From Podarcis melisellensis (lineage: Eukaryota), in the NCBI GenBank assembly GCA_964234715.1, contig OZ174279.1: DNA of 64,000 bases; one strand, given 5' to 3'. A model generated the notes under the pieces. It saw nothing but the letters and a program-made list of their open reading frames with translations. It was not told the origin of the DNA and searched no databases. Each line of letters begins with the position of its first letter. Positions within the stretch are counted from its first letter, which is position 1. Made by a program: the position numbers and the translations under genes. Shown piece by piece: positions 49,591-63,327 of this stretch.

Positions 49591-50912
49591 GTAATACCAT
49601 TTTGTTCATTTAGTCTCCATTTTCATGTTCTCACTATTAGCTAGATAAATCTATAAATTTGTTGGTTGCAGATGTTCTGAGTTAAAGTGTGTGAACTGGA
49701 AGTACCCCCTGTAACATTTACGCTAAGGCAGGCATCCAGAGGAGGAACAAAATAATCCTGAGATGTTGAAATATTTTTAAGCCCCTCTCCTGGCAGTTAG
49801 GTCTTTCCTGCAAGTGTGGGCTACTGGAAGCCTGCAACCACAAAATATATGCAGTATTTTAGGAGGATATTTATAGATGCCATATAACATGACTTAAGGC
49901 ATTCCCAGTTATTACATAGATTATTGCATTCCAATGACTAATTATTATTCTTATGAGGCAGCATTTGTTTATGTGTGTGCTAATTTGTTTAATTATGAGG
50001 TTAAATGCCAGTTCTAGTGATGTCTGCAAAGTTCTGAAACTTCTAGGCCTGAACCATTTGATAACATTGCTCATTTCAATGACTTAAGGGAGTTGAACCA
50101 ATGAAATACTCTGCATTGTCTCCTGTTATGGGCAGCAAGCAAATATATACATGGCTTCTTCAGAGGAAAATTACCTGTGCCTAAGGCTGGAAAATCCTAG
50201 GTATTTGGTACTTGAATTCCTAAACATTTATGTGGTTACTTAGGAATCTGAAATGTTTTTTCCAGCCTTGTCCATTCTGGTTTTATGGGCTAATACAAAA
50301 GGCTGCTGCTTGTAAAAGCTAGCTATTTCTCACAGCACCTGTGCTTCTGTGCTTTAGAATTGTGGCTTTCTTCTGGTATAATGAACTATGTGGTAAGGGT
50401 TTACCTTGAAAGTCAAGTAGTTTATTAAATTACTGCTATTTCAAGATGTTCTGTTAGACTGACTGCACCAGCAATTGATTGAGAAAGATCTGGGACATTA
50501 AGGGTGACGTAGAATGATTACGCTTGCTTGTGCAACAGGACTTAGTTTTTCTTCTCTTCAGCCTCCAGAGCAGATTTTGGAGTGAGTGGGGGAGACGGGC
50601 AGATGTAGACAAGGAAGAAGCTCTGTTGTGCAAGTGGACACCCACTTGCACTATGTTGGATCTCACCCTTAGATAATGAAAGAAATTATGAGATAAAAGC
50701 AGTTATGGGAGTGAAAAATTCAATTGAAATGAATTTTTAACAAAACTATTGATAAAACATAATTTTTAGATATATTAAATATAAGATGGTGATAGTACAT
50801 AGATGTCATGTGTGAATATAGAAAAATAAAAAATGCTGAAGATCACAGAACTTAAGTTGTTTAGACAGTTGTCCCCCGACACATCTTTTGTGTGATTCTA
50901 ACCTTTTTCTAG

Positions 50913-51228
50913 GTTTCATGGAGATCAGGAGTGTTATTATCAAGATGACTTGCGTGTACTATCAAGTTTAACCAAAAAAGAGCACATGAGAGGGAATGAG
51001 ACAATGCTGGATTTTCGAACGAGCAAGTTTGTGCTGCGAATTTCCCGTGATTCTTATCAGCTATTGAAGAGACACCTTCAGGAAAAACAGAACAATCAGA
51101 TCTGGAATATTGTTCAGGAACATCTTTACATTGATATCTTTGATGGAATGCCTCGCAGTAAACAACAGATTGATGCTATGGTGGGAAGTTTGGCAGGAGA
51201 GGCAAAACGGGAGGCTAATAAAGCAAAG
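50913..51228 (+). CDS. TAF5: TAF5 exon 3
   Basis: FHGDQECYYQDDLRVLSS...REANKAK; 316 nt. Confidence 0.95.
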
Positions 51229-51824
51229 GTATGAGGTTAATAAATACGTAACATCATGAACATTTTGTCAGGGATGTCTAGGTTGTCAGTTCTATGAGAG
51301 TTCTTGGCTTCTTTAGATCTGCAGTTGGTTAACAGTGTATGCTTCTGGATAAGGAAGAATTAGCTAAGCACTCTTACATATCATTACTCCTGACTGCAGC
51401 TCCTTGTGCTAAACTGGATGTTGTTCTGGATAGATCTCCAATTTTCCAAAGCAGTTTAAATTTATGTGCCCCTTACTTGCCAAAATGGCAAGTATCTCTC
51501 TGACCATTGTCTTGGCATTAGAGATGACTTACATCGGATGTTTTCATATGTTCTTTTTTTTAAAAAAATATTTATTAAAGTTTTAGAAGTACAAAAATAA
51601 TAATAATCATCTGTTCTGCCTTTGTTCAATATATGATACAGAAAGGCTAAGGAGTTACATTTGTCACTGACATCTGTGACAGATTAGTGTTCCAGTTTAC
51701 ATGTCATTTTAAAGCACAGTTAAAACTTAACTGTTGTTCCCACCCCCCAATTACTTGAAAATAGCTGAGAATTTTGGTGGACCACTCTTCATAGAGATGT
51801 ATGTCTTAAATGAAAGCTGTTGTG

Positions 51825-52151
51825 TGAAAGATAGAATGATGTTGGACAGAAATTAAATGGTTACCAGCTGTAATGTAAAGGTGGAAAAATAAGCTAAGAT
51901 AAGTTATATTAACGTGGTAATAAGGACTTTGTTGAAATTTAAGTTTAAACTGGAATACAAAAGGGGGAGGTGAGAGGAAGTCCGGGATATAAGGTAATGG
52001 AGATAAGATTTTGGGAATTATATCTGTTTTGTTTTGTTGTTAAATGTATATTTATGTTTTCTGTTTATGTTTATGTTTTTCTGTTGTGTTAATTGGATTT
52101 TTTTTTGTTTATAAAATTGAAAAACTTTTAATAAATATTTATATTTAAAAA
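51825..52151 (+). mobile_element. L1-like LINE 3'UTR insertion
   Basis: AATAAA plus A-tail; 17-bp TSD AAATGAAAGCTGTTGTG at 51808-51824 and 52152-52168; TT/AAA nick site. Confidence 0.8.
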
Positions 52152-52306
52152 AAATGAAAGCTGTTGTGGTCCACAGAGAAACATTCATATTTTTAAAAGT
52201 AATTACATTGATCTAATAAAATTTATTATTCTTCTCTACCAGTTCTCTGTTTCATTAAACTTTTCTTTTTTAAATTACATGACTGTTTTCTTCTTTTGGC
52301 TTGTAG

Positions 52307-52470
52307 GTCTTTTTTGGCTTATTAAAAGAACCAGAAATTGAGTTGCCTTTGGATGATGAAGATGAAGAGGGGGAAAATGAGGAGGGCAAGCCAAAGAAGA
52401 AGAAGCCAAAAAAAGACAGCATGGGATCAAAAAGTAAAAAGCAAGATCCAAATGCTCCTCCACAGACTAG
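52307..52470 (+). CDS. TAF5: TAF5 exon 4
   Basis: VFFGLLKEPEIELPLDDEDEEGENEEGKPKKKKPKKD...PPQTR; 164 nt. Confidence 0.95.
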
Positions 52471-52822
52471 GTAATGCTAAAAGTAGAAACATCTCAATTC
52501 ATTTTCCATCTTGCTTTTTTAGTCTGCGCCAGTTCAGACTGAAGTGGGCAGCTGACATTGCTGAATAGAAAACTAGATATCACAGAAAAGGTTTCTACCC
52601 CAGTCTTTTACCTGACATCTAGCTTTGTGTGTGGAAGGTTGGCTTTTTTTCCTTCTGCATGGAGGAGCATTCAGTCATGTGAGCCCTCATGCACTCTGAT
52701 GTGATACAGAGCAAAGGAGAGTTTACCATCTAGGAACTAGACTATAGTCAATATTTTGATAAGCATTTTCTCAGTTAATTTGATTCTTAAAAAATGTTTT
52801 GGAGGTTCTCTTTCTATTAGGA

Positions 52823-53076
52823 TAGGGGTCAGCAAACTTTTTCAGCAGGGGGCCAGTCCACTGTCCCTCATACCTTGTGGGGGGCTGGACTATATTTTTT
52901 GTGGGGGGGGGGATGAATGAATTCCTATGCCCCACAAATAACCCAGAGATGCATTTTAAATAAAAGCACACATTCTACTCATGTAAAAACATGCTGATTC
53001 CCAGACTGTCCGTGGGCCAGATTTAGAAGGTGATTGGGCTGGATCCGGCCCCTGGGCCTTAGTTTGCCTACCCATG
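52823..53076. mobile_element. hAT-type MITE
   Basis: TIRs TAGGGGTCAGCAAAC / GTTTGCCTACCCATG; perfect 8-bp TSD TATTAGGA at 52815-52822 and 53077-53084. Confidence 0.85.
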
Positions 53077-53387
53077 TATTAGGAGATGCGTTGCACTGAT
53101 GTAAAAAGCTTGTATCATTTGAAGGAAAACCTTCCTCTATGAATATGGAGGTGTACGTAAAAGTAACTTCCCTTATATTGTAAAAGAATTGGTAGTTAGG
53201 ATTTTCCTAATTTTGTCATCTTTTAGTTATTACTACTCAAGGAGCTTGTTCTCTGGGTTCTTTCCCCCCCCAGACATTCAAAAGTTGAGTTCTTTTTCGG
53301 CCTCTGTTCAGTGTGCAGGTGTGATTTCCTCACATCAATGAGTCTTTTGTTTCGTTTTTGGTTTTAAGTATGTTCTTCTGTATACAG

Positions 53388-53523
53388 AATCCCGCTTCCT
53401 GAGCTAAAGGATTCGGATAAGTTGGACAAAATAATGAATATGAAAGAAGCCACTAAACGTGTACGTCTTGGTCCAGACTGCCTGCCTTCCATTTGTTTCT
53501 ACACATTCCTTAATGCATACCAG
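53388..53523 (+). CDS. TAF5: TAF5 exon 5
   Basis: IPLPELKDSDKLDKIMNMKEATKRVRLGPDCLPSICFYTFLNAYQ; 136 nt. Confidence 0.95.
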
Positions 53524-54578
53524 GTCAGTTGTGGGATTAGTAGTGATACCAAAGTATGACATTAGGCGGAGGGCAACTGGAGGTGGCTTTGCCAAAATGG
53601 CCTCAACCAAACGGGGGAGGCAATGGTGAGCTTAATTCTCCACTCCTTGTCTATAGCAGTGGCTCCCCAGTTTCAGACCATTCTCTCCCTGCCCTACCTG
53701 CAGATGTTGAGGGTTAAACTTGGCATGCAAAATATATTCTGTATAATCCAGCCCTTCCCAGATACCTGTTCTATCAAATCTTGGCAAAGTTTAAAAAATG
53801 GATTGTGCCCTGACTTTGAATGAGTGGGACACTGCTTGCACAGTGTGGTTTTTCATCCTCTTTCCTCTGGCCCTCAGGACAGCTGTGGAAATAAATAATG
53901 TGGGCTGCAATGGGAGATGGAAGCATAAGAAATTGGACAGAGACCACCTGCCTAATGCGGAGCTGGAAGGCCACTTGTTGTAGTCAGGATATAACACATA
54001 GTTAATACCAAAAATGTGGAAGTGCCTTGTGAAGGCTGCTTAAATAATAGGTAGCTGCAAATCTTTTACTTTTAATGATGGCTTGCTGTTGCCCCACATG
54101 AAGCAAGATTCCTTCCCTTCTCTGCTTTTCACTTATTGAACAAAACATGGGCAGGAAGGCTTTGTCTTACTTCAGGTTGGGAGGCAGAGATGGACAGCAA
54201 GGGAGTCTCACTATTTCGAGTGTCTCCAAATACTGGTGTAAAGTGGAAAATTAACCTCTTCCCCTTCTCTCAAGTCCTCTGCATTTCCAGAGGACTCAGG
54301 AGGGTTGGGTAAATGGTGACTACAAAAAATCAGTGCCAGCCAAAAGGTGGATCCTTTCTTTAAAAACAAAAAACTTCTGCCCAGATTTAGCAACATTTGC
54401 TTTACATTTTTTTTAAAAAAATGGCTATACAGTATAGTTAATTTTGTAATATGGTAATTCTCACCTCTGTGTTCAAAACTAATGGTAGATGGCCAATTCT
54501 CGGGGAACAACACTGTGTGGTGATTACATTCTCAGCCCACATATAGAACTTGTTCAATGGTGATTTTTGCATGAACAG

Positions 54579-54699
54579 GGCCTTACAGCAGTGGACATTA
54601 CAGATGACTCTAGCATGATCGTTGGAGGCTTTGCCGACTCCACTGTCAGAGTGTGGTCTGTGACACCCAAAAAGCTACGCAGTGTGAAATCAGCAGCAG
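54579..54699 (+). CDS. TAF5: TAF5 exon 6
   Basis: GLTAVDITDDSSMIVGGFADSTVRVWSVTPKKLRSVKSAA; WD40; 121 nt. Confidence 0.95.
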
Positions 54700-55389
54700 G
54701 TAATCAGAATGAACTCTCGTCCTAATTTACACACTAACTGTTCTGATGGAGGATCACATGGAGGAAGGTTGCTCAGTTTAAATCTTTCCATTGGAATAGC
54801 AATCCTACCCAAATTAATACAAATTGTTTTTACATATAACTACTGACATCAGGGGAAAAACTATACATAAGGATCAATACTCTATTTAGGGAAGATGTTG
54901 TGATACTTTGGAAATGAGACGATATTTATTTTGTGTTATTCTACTTCCTTATCGTAGAACACTGTGTTTTTGCTAAGGAAGATATGCTAATGCAGAGATT
55001 TTAAAAATCAAGTGGTTCCAGGAATGGAGCAGAAAATACAAATGAAAGTGTTCATGCTTGTCAGCCTAGCAAAATGGTTGCCAGTGGTACTCTGGTATAA
55101 GCATCACAGATTTCAGATTTCAGTGAAGGCCTTTCCCAACCAGATGCCCATCAGATATTTGGGACTGCAGCTTGCTTCAGGCATAGCCAGCACATCTCTG
55201 TTGGCTGGAGCTGATGGAGGTTATAGACAAACACATTTTGAGGGCGTCTTGATCTGTATCATTGAAATTGACAGAAAATCATGATTTAGGCCATGGTGGT
55301 ATTCTGATACAATCAAAAAGGCATTTGCACTTTGGCAAGCACTACTAGCGATCTACATGAAGATAAACTTTAGGGTTTTTTCTTTTCAG

Positions 55390-55519
55390 ATCTCAGTCTC
55401 ATAGATAAAGAATCAGATGATGTTTTAGAAAGGATCATGGATGAGAGAACAGCAAGTGAGTTGAAGATTTTATATGGTCACAGTGGACCTGTCTATGGTA
55501 CCAGCTTCAGTCCTGATAG
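55390..55519 (+). CDS. TAF5: TAF5 exon 7
   Basis: DLSLIDKESDDVLERIMDERTASELKILYGHSGPVYGTSFSPDR; 130 nt. Confidence 0.95.
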
Positions 55520-56820
55520 GTAAAACAATAGTTATTTGTGGGGGGATCTCTTAATACAGTATTCTTTAAGCAGAGTATCCACACTTACAAAAAGTATTTT
55601 TCTGGAGACTTTTGTACAATTTGAGTCTACCACCTCAGGATAGATGAATGAGACCTGATCCCATGGACTATGTAATTTATGTTGAGCATCAGAAGGAACC
55701 TCATGAGCTCGAAGCCTCAAACTGCTACAGGCGGTGGCCATTTTAGACATGTCCAGTTAACATGTGATTGCTGACATATGAGTCCTTTTGGACCTGGAAT
55801 AGAACGGAACGAGAGATGTGGCATGCTTATGTACACTCAACCAAAGCATGCAGAGGCCGGGAACAGAACCCCCACACGAAATGTTCCGTCTGTACTAGCA
55901 TATTTTTAATCTGAAGGTCCCATCCTTCAGCTGAGCTATGTACAATATCAAAAAGCTTAGAGTTGAAATAGTACTGCACATTTATTGTTTACAAAAGTGC
56001 AGTGGGTTAAGCCAATGTCCACTTAATATCTATGAATCTCAAACCTACCTCTAGCTATAGTCTCTGAAATGTTTTTGTGTATTGGACAATGAAATATATA
56101 CCTGTCAAAATAATGGTTTTATTTCTTTAAAGCATGATCAAGCTTTCTAAGATGCAGGAGGCTTTTCACATATTTTAAACTAGTAAATTATATATGGGGC
56201 AATAGATCTTCACATGCACATGAATAGATGAGTGTTCTATATTTCATATTATATCACTGTTTTAAAAATATTGTATGGAAAACATGAATATGAAATAACT
56301 TCTAAGAAACAATGGGGATAACATTCCGAGGAGCATGTTTTAAAGTGGGCAGCATCCCACTTTGCGTGAGTGGACTTGAGCTCTTGTAATTGGGCTTCAG
56401 CTACCTTTTACCCTTCCCTCCAAAACCCCTCCATCATCTCTGGACAAACCTGTAATTCTCCAGAGCAGTTTGAGGGTGTGTGGAGGGTGGGGGCTACAGG
56501 CAATGTTGGATACAACCTAGTAGTTTATAATTTTGAGGTTATATTGTTAAATTTTAATTCTTAAAAACAAATCAGGCGTCAGCCAAGCATCAAACAGTAA
56601 CCAATCAGTGTGATGGCTAAGAGGATGTAAACATAAGAAATCCTTAGTTCCTGTGTCATCTCAGCTGTGATCTTATTCTTTTAGCTTCTTAAATGCAAAA
56701 TGGGGATAATACTCTCCTGAAGTGTATTAAAAGCTTTGATGTCTTGAAATGTGTTATTGAGAGGTTTAAGATTGAGTATAGCTTCAAAAATACCTTTTCT
56801 GATTTCTTTTTTTCTGTCAG

Positions 56821-56985
56821 GAACTACTTGCTATCATCTTCAGAGGATGGCACTATCAGACTGTGGAGCCTCTTAACCTTTTCTTGTCTAGTCGGATACA
56901 AAGGACACAACTACCCTATATGGGATACACAGTTCTCTCCCTATGGATATTACTTTATATCTGGAGGTCATGACAGAGTGGCTCG
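56821..56985 (+). CDS. TAF5: TAF5 exon 8
   Basis: NYLLSSSEDGTIRLWS...GGHDRVAR; WD40; 165 nt. Confidence 0.95.
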
Positions 56986-57082
56986 GTAAGAGTCAGCATG
57001 AGTTTCCCATCTCAATGTAAATCTGCAGTTCTGTCTTGTCAGTTGGTGATATTTCCTTGTTGCTATCTGCTATATTTTAGGG

Positions 57083-57654
57083 CAGGGGTAGAGAACCTCT
57101 AACCCATAGGTCAATTTGGCCTGCAAGGTCCTTTCCCCCAAACAACACCCACTTCTATCTCAATAGATATCACTGGGTGATGTCAGCTGATGAAGGGGGG
57201 GGCAGGGTTCAATCCTGCAAGGATCTATTTTGCCACTGTGTTCCCTGTGGGGAACATGCTGGAGAAGTAGACTCCTTCAGCCAGCAGGACTGAACTATCT
57301 GCTTATCAGCTGGTGATTGGAGATTTTAGTCCTTATAGTTGTTGCTTTGCCAGCATGTTCCCAGCGGAATGGCACTGGTGAAGGAGACCCCTGCCCCTGC
57401 GTCAGATTAACTTTGATAGGTGAATCCACCTATCAGTCACCTGACATTAGATGATTTGATAGGTGGGTGGCCCCACCCACCTGCCAAAGTTAACTTATTT
57501 TGTATATGGTATATGGTATACGACCCTTATATAAGACGACCCCTACTTTTTTTAACCCAAAATTAAGGCATCAGGTTTTCGGGAGGACAAAATGCAAAAA
57601 AACACACGCCATTGCAGGTCTGGCCTGCTGTGTCAAAAAGGTACCTCATCCCTG
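57083..57654. mobile_element. hAT (Charlie-like) non-autonomous element
   Basis: CAGGGG...CCCTG termini; 8-bp TSD TTTTAGGG/TTCTAGGG; a possible nested fragment at ~57500-57615. Confidence 0.65.
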
Positions 57655-57875
57655 TTCTAGGGAATATCCTCTAAGAAACTTGACTAAAAATACTACTAAT
57701 TCCCATTTAGATTTTTTTATACTAGAGGGAGAATTAACCCCCCCCCTTCTCTCGACTCCTCAGCTTAGTTTCGAGGTACTTGTGAAGCACACATTCCCTT
57801 GCCGTCAGGACATCAGTAGTCTTGTTATGTATTTCTAGTTTCACATTTTTGAAATGTTCTTTGTACTGGTTTAAG

Positions 57876-58053
57876 CTTGTGGGCTACGGATCACTACCAG
57901 CCTTTGCGGATCTTTGCTGGCCATCTTGCTGATGTCACATCGACGCGTTTTCACCCAAACTCCAACTACGTTGCTACAGGCTCAGCAGATAGGACTGTGC
58001 GGCTGTGGGATGTCCTGAATGGGAATTGTGTCAGAATTTTCACAGGACATAAG
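57876..58053 (+). CDS. TAF5: TAF5 exon 9
   Basis: LWATDHYQPLRIFAGHLADV...RIFTGHK; AAG acceptor; 178 nt. Confidence 0.93.
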
Positions 58054-58472
58054 GTAAATTAATGTGAGATTAACACTGAAATACATTAGTTGCACAAAAA
58101 TGGTAACAGGAGATGGCTGAAACCTTTGCACACAGTACTAGAAATTAGTTAAAAACTGACCTGTTGCTCAAAGTTTCCTTTTGAATAGATACTGTTTCTC
58201 CATAGGACCACAACCTAACTTTTGACTTCCCACTGGGAAATAAGAGGTCACCTCAGAAGAGGTGGTGCAGAGTGCTCTGAAATGACATTATTTATTTGAA
58301 GGGTGCTTGCTAAGTAAAACAAGGCATACCGTTGACGGTTTTGTTTTTGGATTTTATATATAGGATTTTCTGTAGCTTTGAATTGTTATCATTTCTAGTG
58401 TAATTTACCTTGAGGCTTCTTGTAGAAGGTGATGCATAAGTGTTGTTGTTAATAGGCTTATTTTTGTTCCAG

Positions 58473-58650
58473 GGACCAGTTCATTCATTGGCATTTTCTC
58501 CTAACGGAAGATTCTTGGCAACTGGGGCAACAGATGGAAGAGTGCTTTTGTGGGATATTGGGCATGGTTTGATGGTTGGAGAATTAAAAGGTCACACAGA
58601 CACAGTTTACACACTCAGATTCAGTAGAGATGGAGAGATCTTAGCATCAG
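58473..58650 (+). CDS. TAF5: TAF5 exon 10
   Basis: GPVHSLAFSPNGRFLATG...DGEILAS; 178 nt. Confidence 0.95.
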
Positions 58651-59738
58651 GTATTGAAGTCAATTTTGCTCTGTTTAGTGGAACAATACTAAAATCTGGA
58701 ATCATAGACTTGTCTCTATTTTGACATCTCAGTCTTCCATTTAGTGAGCAATTGTTAAAGCATATTCATTTAATACTTTAATTTGCTAGCATTGTCTGTT
58801 AACTAGAAAAACTGAACCTAAAGGACAAGATGGTGCCACACCCAACTTTCCATGTGTAGAAGCAGACATCACTTGCAAATGGTGAGGGGAGGTATCGTGT
58901 ACTGCACCTGTGGGAAGCCAGGTAGCTTGGGGGCTGCAGGAGAGGCCGCATGGCGCACAGCTTTGTCCATAAACACACTGCTTCTACACTGCATCCCCCA
59001 GCATCCACCACCTGAGGCTAATAGGCCAGGCCCAAACTTCCTTTTATGCAATTATATACCTTTTGAAGCAAAGCTACTATTTATGTATTTACCGAAGTGG
59101 GCATGCTAAATTCGAGCAGGCTTTGCAGAATACTTTTAATATTTCCCCCCTCAGAATTTGGCTTTTTTTTTTTAACCTATTATGAACAAGGAGTGGGTCT
59201 TTTTGAAAAAGTAAATGGGTTTAGAAGTTTTGCCTTCCTGCTTATTCATGCTCCCCCACTGTAATTTTATTAGCATCAGCCCCCAATCTACCCAGTGAAG
59301 GGATTTCATACTATATAATACAAATATGACTTAATTATAATTCCATTTATTTTTTACTATTACGAGGGTTTCAGATTGTATCTTTTAAACTATAAATTGT
59401 GAGAGTGGGACCTGCATTTTCTGTCCTGTTACCAGAATTTTAGAAACATTGGGTCATATTCTACAGAGTCCATGCATGAGTGAAATGGGTTCCGACTCAT
59501 GCATTAGGACTTCCTCTCCTCCCTGCAAGCAGGTTGAAGGATCTTTGAAAAGGCTTTATCTTTGAAAGGCTATTAACTACTACAGAGTACTTAGCAGTGA
59601 ATATAAGAAGTGATTAGTAGTTTTGTAGATCCTCAGCTTGACGAATGGGTTGTGATGTATAGCAGAAGTTTTTTCTTTATATTCAGAATTAAATGTTATG
59701 TCCTTTTAAATTAGAAGAGTTGCTTTCATTTTTCCTAG

Positions 59739-59956
59739 GTTCCATGGATAACACGGTAAAGCTATGGGATGCTGTGAAAGCCTTTGAGGACTTAGAAACA
59801 GATGATTTTACCACAGCCACTGGACATATAAACCTGCCTGAAAGCTCCCAAGACTTGCTGTTGGGTACATACATGTCCAAATCGACCCCTGTCACACATC
59901 TTCATTTTACCCGCAGAAATTTGCTTCTTGCCGCTGGAGCATACAGTCCTCAGTGA
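59739..59956 (+). CDS. TAF5: TAF5 exon 11 (last coding)
   Basis: GSMDNTVKLWD...HFTRRNLLLAAGAYSPQ*; probable AATAAA at 60878-60883. Confidence 0.95.
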
Positions 59957-62354
59957 ACTACCAAACTACAAGACTTGATTGTACAAGTCTCATGTATATC
60001 TTAGAATAACTTGAATTAATGAAGACCACAATGTACATATTATACAAATGAACTGAACTTGTCTGCCAGAACAAATGGTGCAAACTGATGATGATTCAAG
60101 CAACACCTTCAGAAACTGCTATTTTAAACCCCACCCCAACCCCAGTGTTAGTGCTGAGACATTGACATCATAAAAATAGGGGAAGAAACATATAATGTGG
60201 TATGGCTTTTTAAAAGAAGTAAACAGTATGTGTGAATACCTTGCTTAACCTTGTCCACAAAATGACAACAGGCACTACAAAACTGTAGTGCCAGTTGCAT
60301 AAAGCAAAGTTGTTTGAACAACAATTTAAAAGCACTTAGATTGGCATTAACACAGGTTTAATAAGTACCCAAAATTTTCTTTCGGAATAAGGCTTGTTCA
60401 TATAAGAGTGGAATTTGTCTCTATGGAGCTGTTACTTCTTTATAAAGCTGTGAAGAGGCCTAAGTAGTTATCTGACTTATGTGAGTAACCTAGTTTCTTC
60501 AAAGCTGAAAAGCACAAATTGAACAAGATTGAACATTTCTAAAACTTCAATTACCAGTAAGCGGCATTTTAGGAAACGCAAACGATACTTGAAACCTTTA
60601 AAACTGAATTTTTGCGTTCCTAACTATTTTGGATACAAAAAGTAGACCAACCTCCCACCACAAGAATCTTGATTCACCCCCTTAAGTATTTGCCAGGGGG
60701 AGAAATACTTTTTGAGCCCTTTCTAGAATGACAAAGCATAAGTATCATTTATGCTTTCTGTGAAAAATTGTGCCACAGCTATACACAATTTGTTGAAAAC
60801 TAGTATGGATCCATTAGTTTAAAAACATACTGCCGTGGTTTTGCATTATGTACAGTTTTATACTTTTGATATTTTATAATAAAATATATTTTGTGCCTGT
60901 CTTTCAGTTTCATTTGCTCACAAGGGCCTTGTTTTTACCCATCTGAACCTATATTCTGTAGTTCCAGCAAAAGCAGCCCTTGTACTACAAGCTTTTATCT
61001 TCAAAGACAAAGCAAATGAGAGAATCATGATTTTAAAGAAAAGAAAAAAAGTGAGGCTGTTAAATACTACTTGTGGAAGATTTCCACTTACATAATTCCA
61101 GAAATGGTGTAATGCTTTGTCAAGTTTACAACTGGATTTTTAAAAGGGTTGTATGTATAGAAATCAGTGTTTCAGGGAAGCCTGTTAGTCACATCTTTAA
61201 AATGGGGGTCGGGAACCACAGGCCTGAAAGCCAAATGCAGTCATCTGGGCCTCTCTGCTTGGCCTTTGCAAGTCTTCTCAGACCACAAGCCTACCGCAGC
61301 CATATTCTAGTGGCTGTGCTTTGTACTCTTGAACAATGGCTAGAGGGATGTGTGTAGAAATTAGCAAACTGTACAAAAGTAAAAATTGCATTCTTTGACC
61401 CTGCTCACTACTAGCCTCTAGGTGACTGATCAGAACATTTGTCCATCAGAAGGGGCCTGCAGGTCACTGGAAGTACATCATCTGGGAGGAAATGTATATG
61501 CAGCATCATAAAGGATGTTTCCTAAGAGGCAAACTGCAGAAAGTGGTGGAATTTAGGCCTGGTTTGAGTCTCAACACTAAATTATGTTTTTGCATTACAT
61601 AAATAAGCAAGCTACTTCCTGCAGGACTGCAAGATTAGAAGCTTCCCTTTCTACTTTCAATTTAATTACAGGTACTGTTACATTTGAAGCCTAAACAGTA
61701 GTTGAATCTTTGCTATGGATTGGTGAATGACCAGTTCATAAACCATAGTTAAGACTGCCCATTTTGTCTCCATTTGGACATAATAAACCACAATTGGTTA
61801 AAAGCAAGTGAAAGCTTTGTTATCCCACAATGGATGCAACCCACGATCCCAATTACCTATCTGCATTTCACTTTGGGTTGAATTAAGGCTGTGCAGAGTG
61901 GTGCAGACACATATTTGCTCAGAAATAAGATCAGTCAAGTAGTCTTAACACCTATCATTCAGCATTATCCTCAATGTAAAAGCAGCCCTGCCACATCATT
62001 GAATTCCATATGTTGACGAATGCCTGTAGATTAAACAGGTTATATTAACATTTAGTATTAGTGCCATACTCTGCTCAGCACCATCCACATGTTTAAGACA
62101 CAGGAAATAGGATCATGTTTGTTCCTCTCTTACTACAAATGGAAGACAAATGGTTGTAATGAAAGCCATAATTTACTTTTGGAACAGAATGCAGAGTAAC
62201 ATTTATCCCAAAGATACAGTAATGCCTAAGGACGTATTCATCATTTCTCAACACAGATTGAAAGGGCTCCTTAACGGAATTGTACACACTAGAACTCTGC
62301 ACGCTGTTTATATTTAGGACCGTCACTTCTGTAGTGACAATGTGTACAGATGAC

Positions 62355-62439
62355 AAACTTCATCACTGTTCATGATTTATTGAAGTGTACATCAACTTCT
62401 AGTTATATTATGTGCATGGTCCAGTGTCAACATGTCAAC
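62355..62439 (-). other. ATP5MK: ATP5MK terminal non-coding (3'UTR) exon
   Basis: Acceptor TTTTTTGACAG| at 62440; minus-strand AATAAA at 62376-62381; 3' end approximate. Confidence 0.65.
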
Positions 62440-63327
62440 CTGTCAAAAAAATAAACATCATTCAGTTACTACATCTTGCACAACTTATTTATTAACACAC
62501 AGTGGCAGTATTTTGCCCAAACCAGGAAAATTCATATACCGGCTCGTTCTGAAGCCATTAACCAGTTTCCTGGCTCAGACAAAATGGGAAATTACAGTTA
62601 ACAGAAGACTTCCTGGTTGGTTTGCTGGCTCACACATTTAAGGCTTATTAAAAAGATATATGATCATACAAATGGGGATACACTGCTGACATGAAATAAC
62701 ATGCTATTTAGTTGGGCAGAACTTAAAGGCATGCTCACAACTGGATGTCAAGAGGATATGAAAGCAACCACTTTCCCTTATTTCTGTATTTAGATATTCT
62801 TGTCGTGCCACTCAGTGAAGAACTGAGTGACATAAAATAGGATAAAAATGCACATGCTGAGCAATTGCTGCTATCTGAACTATCAACTTTTCCTTAGCCA
62901 ACTCTATTAAGACATCTATGAAATTTAAACTCATGGCAAACATCCCAGGTTTCAAAAACAAGCAAATTAACCTTACATGTCCTGTATCAAAATTCTGGTA
63001 CTATGCATCTGCTCCTGGTGTTTGATTAGCTGAAGAACAGAGTGTTACACAAATTCAAGATCACTACACTTTGTTATGCCATTTAAGAAAGCCCTATGTT
63101 GAGATTAGAGAGACAGCAACATATGATAACATTCCTGGTAAGAAATAACTTTATTCATGTTGTAATCTGCTTAAAGCCCTATGAAATTATTTACTTGTAA
63201 CAATACAAGTGCTTAAGATCCTAAACTTGCATTTGACATTTCATGTACAGATACAGAGATTTACCTGGATTTCTGGAGGTTTTAAGCCCTACTGGCATCA
63301 GTAAAATATGGCAAACACTTACCCATC

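Noticed and set aside
60755-60765. Roquin CDE-like TTTCTGTGAAA in the TAF5 3'UTR
   Set aside because: Only a 4-bp stem, and it competes with a 9-bp hairpin at 60733-60757.
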